From Rhynchopus sp. YZ270_cl-10 (lineage: Eukaryota): 64,000 nucleotides of DNA. Location: positions 868,001 through 932,000 of the forward strand of contig OZ037845.1 of assembly GCA_964035575.1 (NCBI GenBank). The letters run 5' to 3'. Shown here piece by piece: positions 25,106 through 38,083 of the stretch (position 1 is the first letter of the stretch; every line of letters starts with the position of its first letter). Under the pieces are notes generated by a model. That model had not been told where the DNA came from. It saw nothing but the letters and a program-made list of their open reading frames with translations, and made no database searches. The position numbers and the translations under genes are program-made.

Positions 25106-26609
25106 TTAATGGCCCATTAGAAGGTCCTCTTTTACCTTATTCGCGAGGGCACGTCTCATTTCGATGAAAGCTTCATCATTTTTGTTCTTTTCTGGTGCTG
25201 TCGTTGCTTCTGTTGGGGCTGGGGCTGTGCCGGTCTTTTCTTTGACATAGTCTGTTAGCGCTGATTCACGCGCCTCTTTGCGTTGCTGGATGAGACGATC
25301 CCGCTGGGAACGGAGGTATTCTTCCCTTCTCTTCATGTCATCATCCGACGGAGCAACAGGCTTTGGCGGCTCTGGGGCGCTTGGGTTCTCTGCAGCCGCC
25401 TTCTTCTCTGCCTGCTCGACCACTGCCGTCTTCAACTCATTGTATGAGGGGCGTGAGTTGGCGTTGATCCCTGGTGGCATGCCTGGCAGCTTCGGCTTCT
25501 TTGCGAAGATATCGTTCGATGTGGTGTTCGTTTTGATTGACTGTCCGATAGGTGCGAGGTGCGGCTTGTCTGCCGGCGACGCTGTCGGTGCCATTGCCTT
25601 TGGTGGCGGCACTGCTGGTGGTGCAGCTGCTGCTGCTGCCGTCGGTTTTGCCTCTGATACCGGGGCGGGTGCTGGTGCAGGGGTCGGTACCGGTGCTGGT
25701 GCAGGTTCTGGCTTCTTCTCAGGTTCCTTTGCTTTTGCAGGCTCAGGGGTCGGTTCAGGTTTGGGTGCAGGTGCCGGTTCTGGCTCCTTTGGAATCTCCT
25801 TCATCTCCTCGGGAAGCGCTTCCTGCACGTCAGGTGCGCGTTGGATGGCTTCAATGCGTGCCTGGAGGTTTTCTTCTTCCATGGTTCGGATGCGTTCTTC
25901 GTAGACCTGAGGGAGTGGGGGGGTGGATAGAAAGGGGTATGGTGAAGTGTGGTTGTGAAATGATTGTCAGAAAAGGTTCGCTTCAAAAAAAAGTGGTCGG
26001 TCATACCTGCTTTGCAAGCTCAACCTCCTTCTTTTCTTGCTCCTGTGAAGCGGCCTTCTCACGGATCTCTTCTTCTAAGCGTCGTTGTTTCTCCTCCTCT
26101 GCTGCGAGGGATGCTGCGAGGGCGTGCTGCAGTGCGGCGTCTTCTGCTTGGTTCTCTTTCTTGGCGACGCCGTTTTCCATGACAGAGGCCTTGATTGCCA
26201 TCTCAAGGAGATGGTCTTCTGCGGAGTCTGCAGTCTCAAGGGCACACATTGCCTCAAGCTCCAGTTCGATGTTGCGCTTTTCCATCATCTTCCGGAACGT
26301 CAAAAAGTCGTCCAAAGACAGAAGGTACTCCCGCACCAGCTGGTCCAGCTGAGGGTTCTCAGAACTAGCTACAACCTCCAAAAACTGTTCCGACGTCACC
26401 CCCAAATCCTCCAGCGAGTCTGTCAAAAGCTTGTCAACAAGCTCGCAAAACCGTTTGTGCTTCACAGTGTACTCCAGCTTGTTCTCCTCCTGGTCGTTCT
26501 CCTCAAAGATCTCGCAGTTCTCATCGATAAACCCTTGCACAGGAGTGGTCCACACAGGGCTTTTCAAGAACTGCACCAACCACTCCCCAACCCACGCAAA
26601 GTCCCCCAT
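25106..26609 (-). CDS. CFAP36: cilia- and flagella-associated protein 36 (BART/ARL2-binding domain); 2 exons
   Basis: FLKSPVWTTPVQGFIDENC...FLTFRKMMEKRNIELE N-terminal domain; RREEYLRSQRDRLI C-terminal motif; GT-AG intron 25907-26006 in frame. Confidence 0.85.
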
Positions 26610-28635
26610 TTTGAAAAGGTGGGAGACCCCGTTAGTGTTTTTTTTTTTTCTGCGGGAGAGATAAGATGATAAAAGGAGGGATTCGTTCTCTAACAGCTTC
26701 CAGGTCCCTAATGTCGTTCCCCAGAACTAAAAAAGTTTGGATTCACAGGGGGGGTTTTCAAAAAAAAGGTGATAGTTGGGAGGGTAATTTTTTTTTCTCC
26801 ATTCTCAAATTTTGTATCAGCGACAAGAAAGGGGTGAATTTGTGCAGGGAGCTTTTCGATTATTTTTTTTCATGTCGGCGACAAAGCAGGGCTCTCGGAG
26901 ATCACCCCCAAAACCCAAAAAGGGGGTGATTTGGGGTCAAAAAAATTTCCCCACACTATGTGCAAAGGGAGGGACGTGGGAAAGAAACAGCGGTCATGGC
27001 ACCCGAAAGGTTCCGGGCGAAGCCACGGTACGCAACATTTCTATAAAATGTTGACATAAAATGGCACTGTCGTTGGTAATTATCGTCAGTTTGCATGAAT
27101 TTTACTTCCATATTTTGCTAAACGAAAGTTTCTGGCGAAGCCACGGTACGCAACATGCGCTTAAAATTGCACATTATTACAGCCAAACTATGTCAAAGGG
27201 AAGGATGGTTGTAAGCTTGCGCCGCAGGCGCACGGTACGCTACTTTTTTCTTTCGCCATGCTGTATGCTTCCTTTTTCCTTCGGCGTTTGACCAATTGAG
27301 TCGCGTTCTGGCTGTGACGGTCACTTTGTTCACTGCTGTGTGAACAACGGAGCTCTAGTAGAAAGACCCCCCAAAAAAAAATCCGGATTTCCCAACTTTT
27401 TTTTTTTTTGGGGGGGTGATTTTCCTAAAAAATCACCCCCCCCAAAATCCGTTTTTTTTTTTTTTTGGGGATTTTTGGGCAAAATCACCCCCCCCGAGAG
27501 CCTTGCGACAAAGGGAGAAGGTGGAATGAATGAAAAAAGTGGAGGGACATTATCACAAAAAAAGAGAAATTGAAAGTGCAAACGTCTCGCCGTACATTGG
27601 CAGACGCAGGGACACTGGTTCTCCATGGGCTATCGAACCTAGATAGAAATGGGATTTTAAAAAAAAAAGACTCGGAAATTAAGAATATTTTTGACTAGGG
27701 GACTTCGCTCCACCCCGCTACAAATACAAAAAAAAAACTTATCACATTGGGGGGAGTTTCGCAATTTTATTTCCGCGGTCCTCGCTGTTCTCTTGAAAAA
27801 TTGTAAGAAAACACAACACCCAGTTGTTTCGACAAAATCACACTAAAATAAAGTTTCCTGTTGCAAAAATATCATCCTAAGAGGAGAGGAAACAGACACA
27901 CCCCCCCTCATCTTTGAAGGAAGAGACAAACTCAGATCTGTTTTTTTTTTTTCTTCTTCTTTCTTCCCCACTTTTTTGAAAAAAAAAAAAAAATCATTTT
28001 TTTCCCACCCATCCCCAGAGCATAGACAAAATTCAGCAGGCAGACAAAAAAAGGGAGGAGGGTCACTTTGAGATAGACTAAGAGGTTGTTAGCAGGGATA
28101 CGTGGTAGTTTTTTGTTTGGAAAGGGACGTGGTACGGGACGTGGGAAATGTGCGATGCGTTGGTTTTTTTTGCGTGGCCCGTTTCACTATTGTGCGCCGT
28201 ACAGAGACAAATATGTCTAAAAAAGAAGTCGAAAAAGTGCAAAAGCCTCATCCTACGTAGGACGTAGGGGCACCTGCAAAATAAAGAAATTTTTGAAAGA
28301 TGAATGTGACTCTCAAACGTCTGAATAAAAAATGGTTGGATAGATGATAAGCAGGTGCTTAGTCACCTCCTGCTAAAAAAATAATGTGAAAGATGAGTCG
28401 CAGGACACACAATCTTAAAAGAGGCAGGTTAGGGTAGTTAGAGTTCGATAAAAAGAGAAAGGGAAGAACGGAAATAAAAAAGTGACAAAAGAAAACCTGG
28501 TTATGTGCCTCGTTTGTGCACAACATCCCATAGCATAGGGTTTTGGTAAGATGATCGCCTCTCGCTGCTTCATTCACCTTAGAGAAAAGACGGTATAAGA
28601 ATAATGTCGTTTTTTTTTGGGTCGCTATGGGGGGT

Positions 28636-31600
28636 TTAAACTCCTTCGCTGCGCCGCATGTTTTCATCGTCGTGTGCACGCATGCACGACATCCAGGCTG
28701 CCGTTTGGAAGCCTTGTTGTCCTGTAGTGAATGTTAAAACAAATGGAATGTAACAAATTAGAGGAAATATAATATGCAAGGAATCATATTATCAAATACT
28801 GGGCCCATTTGTCAACACAGAACACTCTCTTAGAGTCTAGGTAGATAACGGTAGCCATTCACAGGAATCCTCTATTACAGTGCTGTCCCAAAGGTAGAAC
28901 AAAAAGACCAAAAGCCAATAAAATCAAAAAAAAATCAAAGGAAGACCACACACACCTTGTTGAGGGACAGCACCACCCATCGGCTGCGCAAATTGGTACC
29001 CCCCTTGCTGCATCTGCTGCTGGTTCTGCTGCGGGTAGCCTTGGGTCTCGTAGGGGTTCCATCTGAGAGGGGTTGTATTGATAACATTGCAAGAATCTAT
29101 CACATTACCACACAAGACTATCACCACGACACATCTCTATCCAACCTTGCAGTTCCCCCCAAAGTTGACTTCAAATACAACCCTCTCGTCACAGTGTACC
29201 AGGGGCTCTTTGTAGTGCCACGCTGTATAGCCCATAATGACCCCAAACTAGAATACGTCCGAATTCGCCCGAAATATATTTCGGGCGAATTTTTCGGGCG
29301 CGGGTCCCGAGCGCCCGAAATGTGCCCGAAATATATTTCGGGCGTTTTAAAGGGAATTTATACGTATTTCGGGCGAATTCGGGCACATTTCGGGCGCACA
29401 AAAACGCCCGAAATGCCCGAAATATATTTCGGGCGGTCCAAGTATGATATATGTGGCACGTAGTGCCGAGACATCCACCATGGACACACGGAATAACCCT
29501 GCCGTACGTATTCTAGTTTGTGGTCATTATGGGTTATACAGCTGTACACTTCAGAGAGCCCCTGGCAGTGTGGGACGCATGTCATGCGACCCCTGGGACA
29601 CATATCTGTGGCACGTAGTGCCGAGACATCTACCTTGGACACACGGAATAACCCTGCCGTACGTATTCTAGTTTGTGGTCATTATGGGTTATACAGCGGG
29701 ACACTACAGAGAGCCCCTGGCAGTGTGAGACGCATGTCATGCGCCAGGGGCTCTCTGTAGTGCCACGCTGTATAGCCCATATTGACACCAAACTAGAATA
29801 CGTAGGACAGGGCTATTCCGTGTGTCCAAGGTGGACTTCTCGGCACTACGTGCCACATATATGTGCCCCAGGGGTCGCATGATATACGTCACACACTGCC
29901 AGATGCCCCCATAAGTGCCCAGCTGTATAGCCCATAATGACCCCAATCTAGATTACGTAGGACAGGGCTATTCCGTGTGTCCCAGGTGGATGTCTCGGCA
30001 CTACGTGCCACATATATGTGTCCCAGGGGTCGCATGACATGCGTCCCACACTGCCAGGGGCTTACTGCAGTGTTGTGGTCCACGTCGTCAATGCGCACCG
30101 TACTCGTCTTCGTGTCCTTCCTACGTTGGCCTCCTGGATAACTGTCTGCTTACTCACAATCTTATGCTGCATGTCGGTCTGCAAGGCAAGTTCAGACCCG
30201 AAGTTCGTCGGGAATTGTGTAAGGTGCACACCATGCACAACGTCCAGCTTCCTCATAGGGAGCTGCTATGCCATCGCGGGGTCGAAGTAGTACGTCGTAA
30301 GGATCCTCCTATGTTCGTTATTTGTCCTCCGTTGCACACATTCGTAACAGTTGATCTAATACATATCGCCATATTGACCCCAAACTAGAATACGTAGGGA
30401 AGGGGTATTAATAGATCCCCTTACACACCTAACCACCCTCCGATTTACAGACAACAAAACATACACATTACATTCTCTCCCCTTCTTCTCCCTAAAAATG
30501 CCCTCCCCTTGCAAAAAAAAAAAGTCTTGCAAAAAAAGGCATCATTCTCCAAAACCAATCATTTTTGTTACAATACCCCTTTACATACTGTCTAGGCTGT
30601 TGCTGTTGTTGCTGTTGCTGCTGATGTGCCTGCTGCGGCACAAACTGCCCAGCCCCTTGATGCGCAGAAATCCTATTCACTTGCGCACCCCCTGGCTGCA
30701 CCACATTACCCCCATGCGAATAACCACCATGCGCAACACCTACATTGGCTTGATACCCTCCTCCTCCTCCTCCTCCTCCCCCCACACCCCCTCCCCCTTG
30801 CATCATCACAGGCACCCCTGGCTGCGACATTACCTGCCCATTGTTATACGGAACCTGCTGCTGCGGGACACCCCTCTGATGCTGCTGCACCATCCCAGGC
30901 GGCATCCCCACCAACGAAATCCCCCCTGGCCCTGCCTGCCCCATCGGCATCTGCATGGGTACCGAGCCTTGCATGGGTACCCCTGCTCCTGGTCTTGCCT
31001 CGGGTGCGTTCTGCACCATATTCATATTCATATTCATGCCTGGTGGAGAAGTACCCAATAATGGGCCTGCAGGTTGAGGTGGACCCATACCGAACCCTGC
31101 AGGAAGTGTTAGGTTGGTGGGTGGTGTGATCTCCTTGACAGGCTCTGCCACTGCACCGTAGACGACACTGCAGAGGACAGAGGCGGCGAGAGTGACGCAG
31201 GCAAGCGGCTCTGCACCGCAACGTTTGTCCACTAAGAGGTCGGGTGCAAGCTCGCAAAGACGTGAAATGCATTGCTCCGTGGTAGGCCGCTCCATAGGGT
31301 TGACACACAGCATCTGCCTCGCCAGGCTGGCCAGAGGAACGTACTGCTCCTCGACCTTATCAAGCTCGTCAAAGAGATAGGAGCTCTGCACCTCCTTCAA
31401 CAGCTTCTTATGTCTCTCCTTTTCTTCGTCCGCAGATTCGTTGCTGACTGGTTGGGCAAGGTCCTGATTTTTGTTTTTCCAAAAAATTTCAAAAAATGAA
31501 TAATACCTGAATATTCCGTGGCGGCCCTCTAAGCAGAATAAGAATCATCATCCCGCAAGCGTAGATATCAAGCTTCGATGCGAACCGTGGTGTGCACAGC

Positions 31601-32624
31601 CACTCCTCCTTGTCTACAATCTTCGACAACGCTTCTATGGGTAGGTAGATCATGGACCCACAGGAAGGCGTCACCGAGATGGCGGGAGAAGAGAGAGGCG
31701 AGAGGCCTCCGTTGCCTGTTGGGGTAGTTGTACCTGGACCAGGGGAGACGGAACCGTCAAGTACCCTGGGTTTTGCTTTGGATCGAGTGTACTTCGCTTG
31801 TCCAAAGTCAATCAATTTCAATTGAAACCGCCGTTCCGACCGATCAGGTTTTACCATAACATTCTCAAGCTTCACATCTCGATGAATGATACCCTGGCGA
31901 TGAATGAATTGAAGTGCCTCCAAAAGCATCGAAGATATTATCAACATATCACGAAGTGGCATCAGAGGGAGGCGGCCTGTTGAAAGGGTGAAGTTTAAAA
32001 AGAAAATATGCCAGAAAAAACAATACCTTTGCTTTCAGTCCATTTGTGCGCAAGATACTGAAAAAGCTCGACCCCAGTGAACAGCTCCATCACAATGTAG
32101 ATGTTGTCGCTGTCAAAGAACGTTGCGTGGTATGCCAGCAGGTGGTCATGCTTTCCTTGCGTTTCAATGGTAAGCTCCTGAAGGATTGCAATCTCAATGA
32201 GAAGACGGGAGCGTGCTTTTGCGATACGTTTCCGTGCTTCTTCCACTTCCTCTTGTGTTTTGCAGGACTTGCGCGTTTCCTCGGTCATATAGAATTTGTC
32301 CTTGTTGAGGGTCTTGACAGCGAGCGGGGTACGGTCTGACTTTAGCCGCATCCTGTAGACATCACCGTACGTCCCTTTGCCGAGGACTGCCATCTTCTTT
32401 GTCGCCATCTGCCCTTGCGCATTGATGAATTGGAACAGCCCAATCGTCAGCTCTCTGTTCGCGTACTTCAACAACGACTCGTCCAGCTTCTTGATGTCCT
32501 CCTCTACACCACTCACCCCAACCGACACCACCTGGCTCGACTCAGGTGTAGCAGACGGCATAGCCAGCGACATTGGCTTGCCTTTGAAAGGCTTTTTCCC
32601 TGCCTTCTTAATCGGAGCCGACAT
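28636..32624 (-). CDS. Ser/Thr protein kinase with Q/G/P-rich C-terminus; 5 exons
   Basis: GKGTYG, AVK, HRDVKLEN, DFG; GT-AG introns 31977-32026, 31464-31506, 29063-30588 and 28722-28955 all keep the frame. Confidence 0.85.
29198..30398. repeat. intronic foldback repeat built from ~155-bp units in both orientations
   Basis: Two units (~29447-29742) face two inverted units (~29743-30060); partial units at 29198-29258 and ~30368-30397. Confidence 0.9.
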
Positions 32625-33303
32625 TGCACAAAAAAAGTGAGGCTCCTCCTCGTGTACACCTTAGGTGAGAAGATAATGTGGAGGGAAGTGGTCAGAGAAA
32701 AATTAAAGATGAATTTTCGCGCCATCTCTCGATGGCAACGAATTGACCTCCAAATAAATTGGCGCCCAAATACGTGGGTTTTTGGGGATTTTTTTGGGGG
32801 TGTAATTTGGCAATTTTTTGGACTCTAAACCTAGAGTATTGCATAATGGTTTGCAGGTTTGAGGAATATATCGTTATAGCATCATCTCTCATGGTATTGC
32901 AGAAGGAAGAAGAATGCTGTCCCCTTTCTTGAGAGGGGAAAGGGAGAGAGAGAGAAGCAGCGAGAGGGGGGGGGATAAGTGTATTTCAAAGTAGTGTCTT
33001 TTTTCCGCTACCCAATTCGCTTTGCATTAAGCTTTTGTTTTTGCTGTCTTTAGCCTTTTTGTTCTTGATGGACGAAGCCACAAAGTAAAACCCATTTTTT
33101 TGTGTTTTCTTGTTTTTTCCCCTCCCCCCACTTCCCAAAACCCCGATGACGATTTTTTTTTCAGCACACAAAAAAAAAAAACGCCGTTTTTAAAATCAAG
33201 CCTCCCGATTCACCCCCCTTTCGTTTTACCTCGCGTTTTACCCAGAAAGGGTAGAATAAGGCAAAATGTTGTACAGGGTGTGGCTTCACGGGTGAATGGT
33301 ACC

Positions 33304-36300
33304 TTACATGTACTCCCCTTGTCCCTGGGGAACGAAGGGTGCTGCTGGCGGTGGTGGTGCGCCTGGAGGGTAGATCTGAGGGACGGGTGGTGCCTGCTGT
33401 GTCCTGTGTGGTCGAAAAGGAGTTGGGTGTTGGGCATTTTCAGTTTGCATCTAATGTGAGTACATTCCCGTTAATATAAGAATGCTAGAGATGGAATGCG
33501 TAGAGATTTACTGCATAGGATTTAAGGATTTGGCCAGCTAGGACAAAAAGGAATACTCTTGAAGACCGGTAGACACAAAAAAAATATGGAATATATAAAA
33601 TATATAAAACATACGCAGCGCGTTGCTGGTTCGCTGCATTGAAGCCGGGTGGTTGGTTGCCGTACCCAATCTGAAGCTGCTGTGGGTCCATGTTCCCTGT
33701 GATGGGGTTGCTCCGCTTCCATTCGATGTTCTGTGCTGCAAGTTTGAGGAGCTTCTGCTTGTCACCCTGCTCCTCTGTGCCGACAGTGGCGAGCGCCTGT
33801 TTGGTGGTGTTGTCAAACATTCCGTTTTCATTCAGGGAAATGCGAGTGCACGCATATTGTATAGTTTGTACGTAAACTCGAAGTTGAAAGTGTGCAAATG
33901 TCTCTGTGGACACAGCGGCTCCGTGAAACAAAAAAAAGGGGGTGTGGGGGTGGATAGGGAACGTACCTGTGCAAACGAGAGCGGTGCAGCAGTGACTCCG
34001 TTCTTGTCCTGCTCATCGTCGCTGTCCTTATCAGTATCACGCGGGTTGTCGCTGCCCGCCTCACTGTCGCAGAAGACAAACCCAGGACACGAGCACGTCT
34101 TTGGAATGATATTTGTTGCCCCAAAACGCGGCGGGTTGTTCGCAGGTGGGTAGTACCCCTGTTGTGTTGTGTGGTTAGGGTTTTTGTAGGTACTCATACA
34201 GGGCGTGGCCACGTGGCTGTGCATTGATGCATTCACAGTAAAAAAGGCTAAGTGTGTGTTGTGCTCTGAGACGCAGGCGCTGACGCGGTGACGTTGGTTT
34301 ATCAACCCCAGAACGTAGTAAAATAAACAAAACAGTAAAACATACCCCTTGAGGAAGGAACGGCCCCGCCATGGCCTGGAACTCACCAAAGTCCAAGTAC
34401 GAGATCGGGAGACGGTGCATGTTCCCGCCCACGGTCTCCAAGAAAGCAACCTGTTTTGTTATGGTGTGTTGAGAGTGCTACGACGAACTCTCTGTGCTGA
34501 GTCACCTAAGAAAAAGAGAAGAAGTGTAAAAAATATGGCTGCGATCCTCTTGCGCACATACCCCCCCACAAGTAAAAAAAACATCCCCCCAAAACCTATG
34601 TTTGACCATTCACCCCCCTCTCAATAATTCTAGGACAATAAGCAGCAAACCCGTCGTGTCAAGCCGACGCCATGGAATGCTTCCATGACATCCACCGCAC
34701 TCCTGCAGCCTGCTCCAGACCCAAGGAGCTCCCTGATGACGTGTTGACAGCCAATGTACTGAATGAGCCAGAAGTGCCCGTTCGGAGTGCTGAGCCCTGG
34801 CCCGTTACAAAAGGGGAACTGGTCTGTCTTATCTTTGAACAAATTCAAACGACAAACCGACTTGCTAATGAGCTTGCCGAAGCAAATTCCAGAGAGAGGT
34901 CAGCGGAGGAGATGTATGATACACTGGCATGAAATATGACAGTCAATATTTTTATGCACTTCTTAACACAGCATGAACAAATGTGTCAGATGATTCAGCA
35001 CCAGAGGGAGAGCATGGACCTTCACAAACCTTCTCCAAAAAGGGTCTTCAGATTTTGTAAGGATTTCTTAGTGGAAAAAATGTAACTCAATATTGCCAAG
35101 TGGTTCCCACTCAGGAAACTAAAACAAAAAGGTGGGGAAGAGGGACAAACCATTGCTCTGTCGTCGGTGGTCAGTTGCACGTCAGAGGAAGCCTCGACAC
35201 CTTTTTCGTCGATCCAGCTGTGTGTGATGTGGTGTAGTCGGGCCATAGACAACGCACCTTCTAATACAAACGTGATGCGCACAAAAGGTAGATTGTTGCA
35301 GTAAGATTCTCCACAGAGACACCTCAATACAGAAGCGTGAGAATGTTGTCAAAGTGATGCCCTCTTGATCTCGATATAGTACAAAACGTATTTTTTAAAC
35401 CCAATATTGCATACAATGCGTGAATGACCTGGATGGCACGGATCACATGTGTCCAGTCCTGCTTCCTTGCGTGGCGTGTTCTGGGGTTGAGTGCTGCCTT
35501 GTGGATGAGTGTTCCGAAGTGCAGGATGTCGTCGTCGTCCATCTCAGGGTCGCCACCTGTCTCGCGTGAGATCTGGTTCGTTCTGTGCGCGATATTGCTG
35601 ATTTGTGCGATCTGTATGTTGGTTGTTTGACCCAATAGCTCGCATAAGGCAACGAACACTCTCGAACACGGCACCCCAATGTAAACATACCGTCGACTTA
35701 CCCTTTCCTTCCTTCCCAAGGTTCATCTGCTTCAAGATGCACATCTTAGAGCTGCGGTGCTTTGGCAGGTTGTGTCCTGGGACAATCTGTGCAAGGTGAA
35801 TAGTTAAACAGTTAAGATCCTAATCGCGAAGTAATGAATTTCAATGAATAAAAAAATATCTTCCCCATTGCCCTTCCTGTCACCGTTGCAATTGTACATA
35901 CCTTTCCACAGTCGGGGCACGGTGTGCTAACCCAAGAGGGAATCTCTCCTGCACGTGGTGGTGTGTCAGCGGAGAGACGTACTATGATCTCGCCCTCCTC
36001 CTTTGTGACGAGGAAGGTCGTGGGGGTGTGGATGTCGACAAACTCACGCACGGATTTGATACGGTTTGCGAGGGACTGCACGTTTGGTATTTTGTTGTTG
36101 AGTCGTTGGAGCTCGAGCGCACCTCCAGCATCGCGGATGGCGTTTCTGATGAACACAACACCGTCTACGTAGTTGCCAATCTGCACACCTGTTTCGGGGT
36201 CGCGAGGGAAGGCGTCGGGCATGCTTGGCCACTTTGTGTCATCTATTTCTTCGGCCACGAACCGTGCATTCGTGACAAGCTGTGTCATCCTCTTCTTAAG

Positions 36301-37116
36301 AACACGGCGAATGCGTTTCTTCTTCTGTCCCTCAGTCTCATTCGGGTCAATCTCCTCATCAGCCATCTCCGCCTCCTCGGTTTCACGCTTCCTTTTGTTC
36401 TTCTCCATGATGTTCTTCAGGTTTGCACGCTTTGCTTGCAGGTATGCCTGAAGCTTTTCTGCTGTGGGTGCCTTCACGTACCCCATAGGCGCGTTAGGCT
36501 GGGGGCGAGGTGCGGCGTGGACGTGGTTTATTTCGACGGGCATGGGGGGTGCCACCATGTTCCTGTCTGGGGCACCTTCCTCGTCGCCTTCCCAGGGGGT
36601 CAGCTCGGTTCTGGTCATGCGTCTGGGCTCGAATGGGGTGTGTGGTGCGCCGACGTCGTGTGGTGCTACACGTGGTGCTTCGGGCATCTGGCCCGGTGGT
36701 GCAGGCATCTCTCCTGCAGGCGCTGCACCGCCCTGCCTGTCGCGGACAGCAAGGATGGCGTCCACCTCCTCCTTCCCGTACAGCTTACTCCAGCTGTTCA
36801 CCATGCGCTCGTACTTCTTTGCATCGCTCTCACCCCAAGGGATGTGCTCCGTAGTTAAGCTCAGTAAGTCCACGCGAACACGTGTTGCCAGCTTCGACCG
36901 CCCAAAGGGTGTCGCCTTAATCGCAGCGTCAAGCATGTACCACGCCGCAAGCTTCTCCTTCCCCTTCGCATCCTTGATCTTGCGGAACATCACATCCACA
37001 ACAACGTTGATGTTATTCGGGAAGTTCTGCACTGCCTGTGCAAGCTCTTTTATCACCGCTGCATTGCTCTCTTTCAACGCAGTCACTCTCTGCACAAACT
37101 CGTCGATGGTAGCCAT
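33304..37116 (-). CDS. CID-like (Pcf11/RPR-type) domain protein with C2HC zinc finger; about 8 exons
   Basis: N-terminal KLAAWYMLDAAIK resembles the CID motif; spliced CPDCGK/IVPGHNLPKHRSSKMC; in-frame GT-AG introns inferred at 35787-35901, 35612-35690, 35218-35414, 34451-35150, 34159-34345, 33797-33966 and 33404-33614 (some boundaries uncertain). Confidence 0.65.
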
Positions 37117-37277
37117 TGTCTACCTGTGTATTCTGTGGATGGGTGGAGTGTTGAATGTCTTCGGTGTAAAGGAGAGCAGTGCAAAGTCATGTGAGGTGTG
37201 GTTAAGGTCGTGTGAGGGTAATTTTTGTGCAGAACATAGCCCTTTAATGTGATGTGGGGTACAGCAAGCAGTCGTAG

Positions 37278-37374
37278 TCAGATGGCTGATCCTGCACTTT
37301 GAGACTCATAATCTATGTCAACACAGGACACGCCTTGCTGGGGCGTGCCTTCAGGAGTCATTTAAGGTCATCAT
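37278..37374 (-). ncRNA. box C/D snoRNA family S6 copy
   Basis: Matches 14078-14174. Confidence 0.85.
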
Positions 37375-37411
37375 GAACGTGTGGTGTGTGGTTGTTTGCT
37401 TTGGTGTTGTG

Positions 37412-37487
37412 TCAGCAGTCAGGTGAGGTTGGAATGTATCCACAGCGTTGCTTCGGCTTGGCTAGGGCGGTTCCAGGATTTCATCAT
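37412..37487 (-). ncRNA. box C/D snoRNA family S7 (LSU guides next to the P-loop)
   Basis: AUGAUGA...CCGCCCUAGCCAA-G-CCGA(D')...CCUCACCUGAC-UG-CUGA; antisense to LSU GUCAGGUGGGG and UUGGCUGGGGCGG with G-U pairs. Confidence 0.75.
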
Positions 37488-37530
37488 GCACAACAGAGGA
37501 GGGGTGGAAAGGTGGGGCAACAGAAGTGTT

Positions 37531-37611
37531 TCAGACAAAGCGGTTAAAGTATGTGCTCATGGTCGAGACTCACATTGGTGCCAGCACTGACAATTAAAAT
37601 GTTTTCATCAT
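37531..37611 (-). ncRNA. box C/D snoRNA family S1 copy
   Basis: Near-identical to 5686-5766. Confidence 0.8.
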
Positions 37612-37647
37612 GCTTTCGTGTCAACGTGTTTCGAGGCAGAAGAGAGA

Positions 37648-37734
37648 TCAGAGGTGTCCTAAGGTATTGTAAAGCCTATTCGGGCATCGCTCGTGGAGCT
37701 CCGACTGGGGCGGCATATCAGTGGTTTTCATCAC
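37648..37734 (-). ncRNA. box C/D snoRNA family S2 copy
   Basis: Matches 12025-12111. Confidence 0.9.
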
Positions 37735-37807
37735 TTCCGAAGCTGCAGTTGTGTGTTGCATCGTAGTGTGATGTGATGTGGTGTGTGAATGTGCACAGGT
37801 TGTGGAG

Positions 37808-37900
37808 TCAGCTAGGGGCGAAAGAAAGACCAACCCTCATATCCTCCTGGGAGGTGTATTGGGAGCAGCTTGCGGTGCTGCCAAGAAGTTTTGTCATCAT
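37808..37900 (-). ncRNA. box C/D snoRNA family S3 copy
   Basis: Matches 13561-13653. Confidence 0.88.
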
Positions 37901-37959
37901 GCTCGCTGTGTGTGGTGTCATGTGAAGTGGTTGTGTTCAAAAGAGGAGAGCAGCAACAA

Positions 37960-38057
37960 TCAGACCTGTTGAGTTTGACATAATTTTTCAAGCCCCACCG
38001 AGGGTGCCGTGACTTTGTTGGCCACCTCTGGCCGAATGGTTGTGTTTTGTGCATCAT
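37960..38057 (-). ncRNA. box C/D snoRNA family S4 copy
   Basis: Matches 13713-13810. Confidence 0.85.
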
Positions 38058-38083
38058 GTTGCTGTGTGGAGACGGAAGTGTGC

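Noticed and set aside
29447..30060. CRISPR-like array or Pr77/HDV-ribozyme signature (CCCTGG...CCAGGG)
   Set aside because: Units are contiguous with no unique spacers and no cas genes; the CCCTGG/CCAGGG pairing is simply the inversion centre.
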